NCBI RefSeq assembly: GCF_964194025.1
Contig: NC_134481.1
Span: 43,338,001-43,402,000, forward strand
Direction: 5' to 3'
DNA length: 64,000 nt
Source of the DNA: Convolutriloba macropyga
Taxonomy: Eukaryota
Shown here: positions 12,199 to 23,900 of the stretch, in pieces
Position numbering within the stretch: position 1 is the stretch's first letter
Layout: every line of letters begins with the position of its first letter
Program-made: the position numbers and the translations under genes
The notes under the pieces: model-generated
The model's database searches: none
The model's input: the letters and a program-made list of their open reading frames with translations, nothing else
What the model was told of the DNA's origin: nothing

Positions 12199-14062
12199 CA
12201 CAGAACTTAATTTGGGACTACTTACACATAACAAATTGTTAATAAAATTAATTTTTGGTATCAATGAGACAAAAATGGTAGAAAATCAACTTAGCATACC
12301 AGGGAGTATATCGTAATAATTGAAGGTTAATGAACTTTAATACTAAGTTTCATTTTACATTGGTACAAAGTATTCTGATATATTGCTATTGTTGATATAA
12401 GAAAGTAGTATTGAAAAATTCGATTTTTATTTAAACATTGTGATTCTCCGCCAGTATCCAGAGGACCACTGAAAGGGTTTCAAAGTGTGGAAATAGAGAA
12501 GGAGGAGGGGGGGGGGGGGGTGTTCGAATAATAAAATTTGACCGGATTTTAATGAAATTTGTCGAAAGTCGACATAGTCACTGCACCATAAAAATTAATG
12601 CATCTGAAGCTTTTTGATAAACTTTTTAACTTTGCAATGGTAATATCTAAATGTTTTGTTATCTGCTCCGATCATTACAATTTGGTTGGAGTTTTCTTTT
12701 GCCTTAATTGACTTTTAGGACATCCTTTTCTTTTGATATCTGTTCGGAAATCTAAGCATGATGTTTTGTCGCCTTCCATAACCATGTAATAATAATTAGT
12801 TTTAACAAAAAAGTCTACTTTTTAGCAAATTTTCTGTAATAGTTATTTTATGATAAAAAAAACAGAAAAGAATTTTCATCAATAAATGTCCTGCGTTCAT
12901 AATTGAAACCACTTCTGTAATTTATGAACTATCAGTGCTAAATCGAATACGCCAGAATTGCACGCAGGCCGATAACGAATAATATTCGCTCAAAAATGTG
13001 GAAAAGATAGGCGCTTTGCAAGATTTGGATAAGATATATACAGCTTTTTTCCAAAATTTTATAGTATAGATGGTGTCCCGAGTCACCGATCATACAACTG
13101 CTTTCTTTGATTTCGTAATAGGTCATATATGATTCCTAGTGTACTATGATTCGTTGATGTCAGATCATGACTCCAAATAATGCGACCCAAAAGTTGACTC
13201 CAGACCGTGTATTTATCGTCTGGGAGGGGATATCCCCCCCAGACAAAAAAAATTGTCGATTCATATTTTGACCGCCTCACCTCGGGTAGTCATACTAGGT
13301 CATAGATGATTTGTATGAATTCTTAGTAGTCATACGAGGATGATATATGATTTTTATGATTTATACAAAGATCGTACTCAGAAGTCTATTATAATAATCA
13401 TATATGATCCTTGTATGAAATTAAACTTCAACCCGGGGTATCAATTTTTATGGCATTGACTGTTTTGTGGTATTGTAAGTCTTTTTAGAACCAGCGCTTG
13501 CTTACGATTTCCAATTTGACGGAAATTATGTGTTTTGGAAGCACAGTCACCAGATCGAGGGTTCTGATTGGATAGTAGACTTCCACCACATGAACCAATC
13601 AAAGACGGGATCAGACAAGGTTCACTTGAGACTTGGATACACAATCAGTGTCGCAGTTGAAAATGCACACGTCATATACAGACTTGTAAATATTGTTTTA
13701 CTTTACCTATTATTAAACAAGAACTTTTTCAGCTAAGCATAGAAGCTGGAATGGGAGCCGATGATTAAACCTAATCATTTTTCAAAGACGTGTGCTCTGT
13801 TTGAAATGAAAATTTGTTGCATAGTTAAAGATGCAATTTTTGGAAAATTTTGGAAATAATTTTGGAAAATTTTGTCTCATATTGAAGTAAAATGGAACTA
13901 GGAAACTGAACTCATTTTTTCAAAATGAGAATAAGTTTATGAACTTCAAAATGAGAATAAGTTTATAGCAAACGTTCATAAAATGTTTGTTATAAACTTT
14001 GTTATAAACCCTATCATGATTCAAAATGTGGCTGTTTTGATTCAACATTCGAAACACATTTA

Positions 14063-14094
14063 CAGAGAGAGTGAGAGAGAGAGAGAGAGAGAGA
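14063..14094. repeat. (AG)n microsatellite
   Basis: Directly visible. Confidence 0.9.
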
Positions 14095-16008
14095 TATTTA
14101 GCTAATCAGCCATCCTTCCTCTACAAAAGTTTCAATCGAAGCGTCTGCTCCACGGCGTCGGCGCAGGGAGTGTGCGCCAAGTAGGCAGAGTATAACGCCG
14201 CGCATTATCGAAACAATCATTTGTGAGTGATGTAAGTGATCACTCGTGAGTACAAATCTTAGCCCCTGTCGCTGATCCTGGTAACAAATCTCTCTATAAG
14301 TGTGGATTCAGGCGGACCGGCTGTTTCTGTACACTAGATGATTAACAGACAAGCGACGGCCTTCTCGACTTCTTTGCTCAGTTTCTTGATGCGTTTGTGA
14401 AATTTTAGGAATCCACCTTGCTTCTTTGTCAACTCTTATCATACGAATTGAACACTTTTCACATCGAAGACATCCTGCTGAAGTATGATTCAAAGATGAA
14501 ATTTGGCTTGAACTTCTTGCCAAGAGTTGTCCTTAGTAATGATGCTTTTGTTTTTGAGGCCTTCACTTCTCAAGGTCTGAAGAAACGTCTCTAATTCTCA
14601 TCACCAATCTAAATTAGCAAGTAGGCAAAAAATCAAGGATGTATTTGTGTCTGATGCGCTTACAGCCAACTTTTGGTCAATAAAAAGCGTGTGGTACATT
14701 TAGAAATTGTTATTCATCTTTGCATGTTGGTGGCATTTTTATAGGATTAATATTAATATTTTAGGGGCACATCCATCTATGAACCCTCCCTTGGTTAGAT
14801 TTTAAAATTATTTTTTTTCCAATCTTTTCAGGAATTGCCTTTCTTCAGCATGATGTTGATTTTCCATATTTAAATCTACAAAATGTTTCTTTTTTGGCCA
14901 TGAAAATTTTCAACGCAAACTTTTATGCTTCTTTTGTTTTTTAGAGATTTTTTATATGACAATTTGCCTCTCCACCTTCTCTAACTGGAAAAGAAAAAAC
15001 CTGTGACCTATAAGTCTTTTTCTCAATTAAGATTTTGATTTACCGCTGCCGGCTGTCAAAATTTTGCAATAAACGACAAATCAGGATTTGGTACATTTTC
15101 GAACAATTTGTGCACATTTTTAGGAAACACCTTTATCATTGAATCATTCAAATTGCATATTGATCTCAATTTGAGGAAAAGATATTGGTGGGCCAAACCG
15201 AAGAGGTGAATCATTTTGGCGCCTCGTTATCAATGCATGGTTGCTTCGGATGCCGTTTTTTAAAAAATTTTGACCTCGTTGTAGAAACTAATAAGGCTTG
15301 TGCATTCGAGTACAGGATTTGTGCAGCAAAATGTCTCAATATCCAAATTATATAAAACATCATCGTCTGGTTCACGCATACGCATATACAATTTCTAAAA
15401 AAATTGACAAAACAGGACATTTATAATCAATATATAGACCTTTAGCGTCAAATTTACGTGAGGAAATGAAAAGACCGATTAACACTTCTTGCTTTATTGT
15501 AATATAGTTTTATACAATGCAAATTCTGGCGCGGACTCTAGAATTTTTGCAAATTTTGAAGCCTATTCTACTATTACTACAATACTTATTACAGGACACG
15601 AGAGATAGTTTAAAAAACAATGACTCCATCCATGTGATTGCCCAATTCGAATGCCAGGGAAAAATTTTGAGGAGCAAAGCGGCCAAGTTCGCCATTGAGA
15701 AGATAGACCATGTCAATCAGACAATGTTCAAAATGTTTAAAGAGGAGTCCAATAATGATAGAAATCGTGATGGTTAGTCTGTCCTCCTATTTCTCACCAT
15801 GACCAACAATGTGTTATGACGACCCGTGTCGAAATTAACCCCCCATCATTACCCCCCCCCAATCTGATGTAAAAGTAGGGGGTGTCAGGGAGGTGGGGTG
15901 GGGTGGATGTAAGATTAGGGGGGTAATGGTGGTAATAGGAGGCAACTGTGGTGGCAAGATTTAGATTTAATGTTTAGTTTTAGATATAGATTTAATGTTA
16001 GATTTAAA

Positions 16009-16164
16009 GGATCTATTGTGTTTCGCCCCCCCAGCTTAGTGAGCATAAAATTGTTTTGACCCCCAGGCGCACGTGCTATTTCTTACACAGTAACGTGCTA
16101 TATAAAAACATATAATTTGTATCTGGGTGTCACAAAAAACACTGGGGGCCGAAACAGAATAGAT
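16009..16164. mobile_element. ~160-bp MITE, GGATCTATTCTG/CAGAATAGATCC family
   Basis: Same family at 17912-18074, 49034-49203, 54895-55053. Confidence 0.8.
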
Positions 16165-16304
16165 TTTTAAATTCTCATTCGTACATACGCATTGAGTATC
16201 GCCGTCATTTTTTTACGATAGATTCACCATATTTCAATGAACTGCGGCTCACAAACATTTTCTGACTTTTATTGAGAGCAATAGCAAACTACTGAACTTT
16301 GCAG

Positions 16305-16669
16305 GTGCAAAAAAAGCCAACCCCACAAAAGAAACGCAATGGATGTCACTGAAAATTCTTTTCGTGTCTCTGGTCATTCTATCCACAGGGTTAGTCATTA
16401 CCCTGTTCAACTATTTCCGCAAAAAGTCAGAACGCAAATTCAAAAAGACAAAAATTGATCTTCAAAAACTGGACGAAAATGTGGTCCGCTACTCAACATT
16501 ACGCGATTCGATGCAGACTTACGCAACACTCACAACACAGAGACAAATGTTACATAACAGAGAGGAAGATTACGATATTGATGGCGATGCTGATAACGAG
16601 TCAATATTTGTTTTTCAACCTTTTCAAGAATTGCCTTTCTTTAGCATAATGTTGATTTTCCATATTTAA
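16305..16669 (+). CDS. Duplicated TM/tail exon, truncated at the duplication junction (~16607) and reading into the next repeat unit
   Basis: ORF 16343-16669 matches copy 2 up to NESI, then diverges. Confidence 0.55.
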
Positions 16670-17911
16670 ATCTACAAAATCTTTCTTTCTTTGCCATGAA
16701 AATTTTCAACGCAATTTTTTATGCTTCTTTTGTTTTTTAGAGACTTTTTTATATTCAGTAACGGCTTACATTTATGAATGAAACTTTTATTTGTGTTTGC
16801 CCTGTCTTGAGTTAGAAGAGTGCATTCTCCACCTTCTCTAACTGGAAAAGAAAAAACCTGTGACCTATAAGCCTTTTTCTCAATTAAGATTTTGATTTAC
16901 CGCTGCCGGCTGTCAAAACTTTGCAATAAACGACAAATCAGGATTTGGTACATTTTCGAACAATTTGTGCACATTTTTAGGAAACACCTTATTAATCATT
17001 GAATCATTAAAAATGCATATTGATCTCAATTTGGGGAAAGGATATTGGTGGGCCACATCGAAGAGGTGAATCATTTTGGCGCCTCGTTGTCAATGCATGG
17101 TTGCTTCGAATGCCGTTTTTTAAAGAATTTTGTTCTCGTTGTGGAAACTAATAAGGTTTGTGCATTCGAGGACAGGATTTGGCAGCAAATTGTCTCAATA
17201 TCTAAATTATATAAAGCATCATCGTCTGGTTCACGCATACGCATATATAGTTTCTAAAAAATTTACAAAACAGGACTTTTTTAATCAATATATAGACCTT
17301 TAGCGTCAAAACTACGTGAGGAAATGAAAAGACCGATTAACACTTCTTGTTTTTATTGTAATATAGTTTTATACAATGCAAATTCTGGCGCGGACTCTAG
17401 ATTTTTAGCAAATTTTGAAGCCTCTTCTACTATTACTACAATACTTATTACAGGACACGAGAAATAGCTTACAGTACAATGACTCCATCCATGTGATAGC
17501 CCAGTTCGAATGCGAGGGAAAAATTTTGAGGAGCAAAGCGGCCAAGTTCGCCATTGAGAAGATAGACCAAGTCAATCAGACAATGTTCAAGATGTTCAAA
17601 GAGGAGTCCAATAATGATAGAAATCGTGATGGTTAGTCTGTCCTCCTATTTCTCACCATGACCAACAATGTGTTATGACGACCCGTGTCGAAATTAACAC
17701 CCCCCCCCCCCCATCATTACCCCCCCCCCCCCCCAAACTGATGTAAGAGTAGGCGGGGGGGGGGGGGGGTAAATGTCAGGGGGGTGGGGTTGGGTGGATG
17801 TAAGATTAGGGGGGGGGGGGGGGGGGTAATGGTGGTAATAGGAGGCAACTGTGGTGGCAAGATTTAGATTTAATGTTTAGATTTAGATTTAGATTTAATG
17901 TTAGTTTTAAA

Positions 17912-18074
17912 GGATCTATTCTGTCCCCCCCCCCCCCCCCCAGCTTAGTGAGCATAAATTTTTTATGACCCCTAGGCGCACGTGCTTTTTTCTTACACAG
18001 TAACGTGCTATATAAAAACATATAATTTGTATCTGGGGGTCATAAAAAACACTGGGGGCCGAAACAGAATAGAT
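17912..18074. mobile_element. ~160-bp GGATCTATTCTG-family MITE (co-duplicated)
   Basis: Equivalent position in duplication unit 2. Confidence 0.8.
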
Positions 18075-18219
18075 TTTTAAATTCTCATACGTACATACGC
18101 TTGAGTATCGCCGTCATTTTTTATGAGAGATTCACTATATTTCAGTAAAATACGGCTCACAAATATGTTCTGACGTTTATTGAGAGCAATAGCAAATAAG
18201 TAACTACTGAACTTTGCAG

Positions 18220-18557
18220 GTGCAAAAAAGGCCAAACCCACAAAAGAAACCCAATGGATGTCGCTGAAAATTCTTTTCGTATCTTTGGTCATTCTATCCA
18301 CAGGCTTAGTCATAACCCTGTTCAACTATTTCCGCAAAAAGTCGCAGCGCAAATTCAAAAAGACAAAAATTGATCTTCAAAAACTGGACGAAAATGTGGT
18401 CCGCTACTCAACATTACGCGATTCGATGCAGACTAACGCAACACTCACAGCACAGAGACAAATTTTACATAACAGAGAGGAAGATTACGAAATTGATGGC
18501 GATGCTGATAACGAGTCAATATATGCGGAGATTGCAGCTTTCCAAAATGCAGCGTAA
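18220..18557 (+). CDS. Terminal exon: transmembrane helix plus cytoplasmic tail with VRYSTL and SIYAEI motifs (complete copy)
   Basis: ctttgcag acceptor; ORF 18258-18557; near-identical to 16305-16607. Confidence 0.65.
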
Positions 18558-18879
18558 GTTTTATGTTGTATGAGATATTTTTGGGCAAAACGTCAAGACT
18601 TAAGACAAAAGAGGTTTTCTGCTCCGCATCGAAAGATCGAATCTTATCAAAAATAAGTATAAAAAAGCAGCCTACTTATATGACGCAAACCCTCGGACAA
18701 AGGCGTATGGCATCGATGTTTTATATCATAGTGCCACTGGGAGAATAAGCATCGGTAAAAGTCCCCTTTTATTTGTTCCTAATTAAGTTTCTAATTAATC
18801 AAATATTGTATCTGATGCCTTTTGGGTTGGGAAGTCAACTTATGCAAAAGAGCGGGCGCGTTTAACGTCAGTTGCTTAA

Positions 18880-19500
18880 AATGTGCTACTGGACGGCAAA
18901 AGTAAGTTTGCATCCCATATTTTCACGAAGTAAAAGTTCAATGTTTAAAGCAATACTACTCCAACTTACTTATTCCACATCACCCTTTTGAAGAAATTTT
19001 TTACACCATTGGTACCCTTCAACTTCATTAGTCGTCTCGCCTACGTATGAAATTTAGACAAAACGCAACGTTAACTTACCAGAAGTTGCGTTTCAGAAGT
19101 TGAGATTCAAAGGTGATGAATTTCGTCCCGGTTTCTCAGTAAAAAGGAAGTTGTCACAAATTTACAATTTATTCACATCTCTCTCTCACACACACTAATG
19201 TTTATCACAAGTGCAAATTTGACCATCGTTGCACGAACCTGATCTTTAGCACATCATGTGACAACTTCTTTTACAGTGAAACTTTGCCGAAGTGCATCAA
19301 CTTTACATTGGGATTTTTGGTAAGTGAACGTTGCCTTTCATCTGAATTTCATGGGCTGGCAAGAGGACTGTGTTGGGGATCAATGGTGAAAACTTTATCT
19401 TCGAAGTGTGATTTCAAGTTGAAATAATGCTGCGTCAAAACTAGAATTTTACTTCGTGAAAGTTGGGGGTGATAACTTATTTTCGCAGTTCATTTTACAT
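18880..19500. mobile_element. Foldback-like element with long (~200 bp) imperfect inverted arms
   Basis: tttcacgaagtaaaa / ttttacttcgtgaaa; caccattg / caatggtg; caacgttaacttacca / tggtaagtgaacgttg. Related fragment at ~42780-42957. Confidence 0.7.
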
Positions 19501-20232
19501 TGAACGGGCAAAAATCAAAAATCGAAAATCGAAATTTACTCTAAACCAAATAAGACACACAGTCACAAAAATTGCACTAAGAGAACTCACAACATCAGTT
19601 TAGCCGCCATTAATTTTTTCAAAGAAAATGGATAAAAGCCAAATGTGAAACCAGTTAATTTTAATCAACGTTTGCATTTTTACTTTTTTAAAAACGCTAA
19701 GTGAAATTTTTTTGCAAACAACTTTTCTGGCAATCGGCTCCAAACTTCTGATTTCCAAGAATTCGTCTTGATTCAATGCTGCGCTTCGATAGCAAGGTAT
19801 TTTTTGCCTGGAATATGGCCAGCAGACTATTTAGTCTTTGCACCTGGTAAGATATCACATACCACTAAAAACTGGGTTAAATTCTTTGAAATATATAGTT
19901 AACTCACATCTTTCATTCAGTTGGTTTTTCCCTACAAAATCTTTTTTGCAAAAGAATCAAAACCTATGAATTGACAATTAAGTTGGAGTCAAGCAGTATA
20001 ATAAAATAGTCAGTCCAGAATTTTATCACTGTAACTTTCAATTGATACTAGAATGTATTACAGACTGGATGAACTAGGGAAAATCAAAAACGTTTTAGAA
20101 GCCTTGGCGGCATGCACAGAGACTGGAAGAAAAAAATCTTTATTTGTGAAAATATGACAGAAGTATGCTCTTCTCGAGAAACATTTGGATTTATTAGTAA
20201 CTTTTGGTTCACGTTAGATTACACGGTAAAAG

Positions 20233-20670
20233 AACCACTGAGCTAGGGCAATTGGTTCGCGATTGCCAACTATCTTAATGCTAATTGAATTCTGAACTCA
20301 AAATTGGTTATTCGCGGTGTGAATGGCTCAATCTCAATTAAGCAGGCGTATTTGAAAAGCGATTTATTGAAGTTGAATTGAAACTGAATTACAGCGATGC
20401 AAATTGGGGAATGAAAGTTTTTAGTTACAATTTAGATTAAAAAAGAAATAACATTTTGTTAACGACATGATCATAGAACAGGAAGAACTCAGCAATTTAC
20501 TTACATTGTGAACAGACAGTTTCCTGTCTAAAGTATGAACAGACATGAAATTGCAATATCGTATGATGAACTAAATTAAACTAGCTAACGGAAGCACCTG
20601 CCCTTCAAATAGTAAATGAGAACTAAATACGGTGATGGATATATGAGGATAATATCCATACCGTATGACT
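20233..20670 (-). repeat. 3' LTR (outer ~50 bp missing)
   Basis: Aligns to ~26219-26647; preceded on the - strand by polypurine tract AGGGGGAAAA (20670-20679). Confidence 0.9.
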
Positions 20671-20930
20671 TTTCCCCCTGTTGTGAGAAAAATTAGTACA
20701 AAAAATTTGAAATTAAATACATATTCATCGGTTATATAAATAATAAAAATTTAAATAATAGATAAAGTATAGAGTTCAAATTGTTTTTTGAGTTTTATTC
20801 TGAATCCGATCGTTCCTGGGTTTTGGCTTGCAAAACCGTCATTTCTCGGGGTAGACTTGGATTGGGGTCAGTAGTCCATCTTTCATTTGGGTTTCGTGGT
20901 GACACTTCCCCAATGAATGCTGCACTTGAC

Positions 20931-23900
20931 TCAGGAATGTCGGCCAAATACCCCTCTGTATTTTGAATTTTTTTCAAGTATGGATGTTCTAGTCTTTTTC
21001 TGTCTTTTTAGGGTTCTTTTACTTTTCCTGACTGATGATGTATTCGAATCGGATGTGGCGCTTATTGTCAGTTTTTGTTTTTCCTTACGCTGACTTTTGC
21101 GTAAAATAGGCGTTGGCATTATTGGAGAAGCCATTTGTGCCGTGGATGGTCCAGCTATGTTCGGATTATTCGGTGGTGCTGCCAGTGGCATAGGTTGACT
21201 AAAGTGCAAAATTTGTGTTAGGTCGGGTCTGTTAGCGAAAGCATCATCGTGCTTCGGATTGCGTTTGGGAATCCTCATCTTTAATGAACGTGCAACGTTA
21301 CTAGCTGTGAAAATACAGTATCTGCCCGATGATACGACGCCGATGTCATCTGATTGTTTCTTGTTCCGTTTAATCTTTTTATCTCCGGTGTTTTTTCTGA
21401 CTAGATCTCTTTTGTGTTTTTTGATCTTTTGTTCAATCGTTTTTTCATAAATTGTCTTTGGTCTGCGTTGTATATATTGTCCCAAATCTGTATCACGTTC
21501 AGCTTTTGTTCCGAATTTTGCGATATCAGAGTTTCGCACGCATACTTCCTGTCGATTAGGCTCTTTAATAACACTGGTAGTTGGGCTTATTTTGCGCACA
21601 GTGCTGCCAGGAGCAAGGACCTCATATAAACCATCTAGGTTTTTCTTCTGGCGTTGATTTTCGTGAATCTTTCTCGCTAATTTTACTTGTATACTGCGTT
21701 CGCTGCACGGAATTGGTCGGTTCACTCATTCTGACCATATGAGCCGCGGTTCGCTGTCTTTCATTCTATCCTGCTCTTTCTTGGCACTTGCATTCGCTGC
21801 GCAAATGATTTTCTCGATTTCCGTATCTGAGCATAAGGCCGTGTCTGCCCACTGCTCCTCTCTCAGATAGGATTGGCCTGGTATTGTGTCTTCATCCAAA
21901 TAATGTCTAATTATTTTGTTGTAATTCAAATTTTTATTGTTAGGTTTAGTGGTGATATTTGAAATTGGTGTGTTACATGTTCTACCAAAATGTTCCTCAA
22001 ATGGTGTAATGTCTATTGTTTTTTGTTTTGAAATTCTTAGTCGTTGTATAATTGCATGTAGTGAATGTTCTAAGTTGAATTTTTTATTCAATTTTGTTTT
22101 CATGCATGACCATTGACGTTTAATTGTTTGAATAAGACGTTCTACTAGACCTATTGCTCTGTGATTATTTGCTGCTGCATATATAGGTGTAATTTTATTT
22201 TCTGTACAAAATGTTTCAAACTTTTTTCCTGTAAGACATCTAGCTTGATCTAATATTACAATTCTCGGAAACCCATGGTTATATATATAGTTATTTAGAA
22301 ATTTAATTACAATTGTACTGGAAGCGTTATTTACTTTTTCTGCTGTAGTCTCTTTGTATTTCGTCATTCGGTTCAACACATTTTGGTAAAAGTGACCATT
22401 TGAAGTGCGGAATCAATGATTTTAAATTCTTACCAATTTTTGTGCAGGCTTTGCACTCGCTCGCTTTTGCCAGTATTTTCCGATGGATATATGGCCACCA
22501 AATGTTTTGTGCTAATGATAGCATCGCGAAGCTCCCAGGATGGGTCGAATGGATGTCTTCCGGCACTGCATCCTTTGTCGCCTTCGGTATTGCAATCCTT
22601 TCATCCAGACAGTTGCATCCATGTTTAACACTGAGGTCCCGACAGTAAGAGAAGATGTATGGGCTGATTTTGCGTAGTCCATTGGGATCATTTCGTATAA
22701 TACAATTGCAAACTTCCTTATGAATTGCATCTTTCCCGGTGAGGATGGCTAGAACTTTTTGCTGAAGATTTTGTTGAGTGTTTCCGTGAAACATATATCG
22801 TCTGCCGCGACGATTAATCTGCCTGATCGAGTGGTTTCTGTATTTGATGACGTATTTGTTGCGGGTGTCGACGGTGTAGTATCGGAGAAGGTGACTCGGG
22901 CCTTCGTCGGAGTTGATTTATTGGCTTTTGTTTTCGGCCTATTGTTGATTGAATGAACGGGGTTGATTGAGTTGATTGATTTAACAGAGTTATTGGAAGA
23001 GGACTGAATTCTGAATTTGTTTTGGTCAAAAAGCGAGTTATTCTTTTTCCGGTGGTATTTATACCTAGGAAATTGTGTTTTCGCGCTTAAATTAGAGTAT
23101 TTAGGTGGATTAATTGATTTAATACCATTAATGGTCTTTATTGGGCATAATTGTTCACATTTTTTACCGTCTGACTTTTGCACTGCTTTTGCAGCAAATT
23201 TGTTAATGGAATGTGAATTATTTGCTGTGAAGTTATTTAGTGCAAACTCTGATTTTGTATTTTGAAGAGCCAATTTTGATGCGAATGGTATATTTAAATG
23301 CGGATTAACTATTGAATTTGAAAGTGTTAATTGCGGCGCGAATGGTAATTTCTTTCTATACTGTAGTGATTTTGAGGCAACTGGTTTTTTAGTACTAAAT
23401 TGTGAATTAGTATTTTACGATGTATGCATTTGCGGTGCGATTAACTCATTTGATTTAGATGAGGGTGAATTTAACTTTAATATGCTATTAAGTTTTGTAT
23501 CGTGTTCTGTTTATTTCTAATTAAGTGTTTCAATGAATTACGATTTTTGGATATTGTTGCTACTACGAAATGCTTGTCATATGTGGAAATTTTTTAAGCT
23601 TTGCAAATGGGTTTCGAGATATATAATCCACTAAGCTCATTTTTGCTCCCGGCATGTGTTCAATCGCGAAATTGTATGGAAGTAATCTGTCTATCCATCT
23701 AGAAAGTCGGCTATTGTATGATTTGTTTGATCTGTGTTCGTTTAGTATCGATAATAGGCCCGATGATCTTTTATGACAGTGAAGTTTTTTCCATACAGAT
23801 AGTATTTAAAATAGTCAATCGACCAAACTATTCTCATTAGTTCTAGTTCGTTAACACTATAACGTTCTTCTGTTGAGTTTAGAAATCGCAACGCAAATGC

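Larger units (their letters stand above)
14809..18522 (+). repeat. Tandem segmental duplication: unit 1 ~14809-16607, unit 2 ~16608-18522
   Basis: Both units start ..cttttca(g/a)gaattgcctttctt.agcat.atgttgattttcc and end ..gataacgagtcaatat; collinear with scattered substitutions and small indels. Confidence 0.95.
13489..18557 (+). pseudogene. Multi-exon type-I membrane protein gene with tyrosine-motif tail, partly tandem-duplicated and probably disrupted
   Basis: Best-supported exons: 15508-15772 + 16305-~16607 (copy 1) and 17367-17631 + 18220-18557 (copy 2), joined by phase-1 GT-AG introns; TM segment ILFVSLVILSTGLVITLF then RKK. Weaker upstream exon candidates at 13489-13685, ~14110-14221, ~14263-14280, ~14409-14574, with stops or frameshifts. 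Confidence 0.5.
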
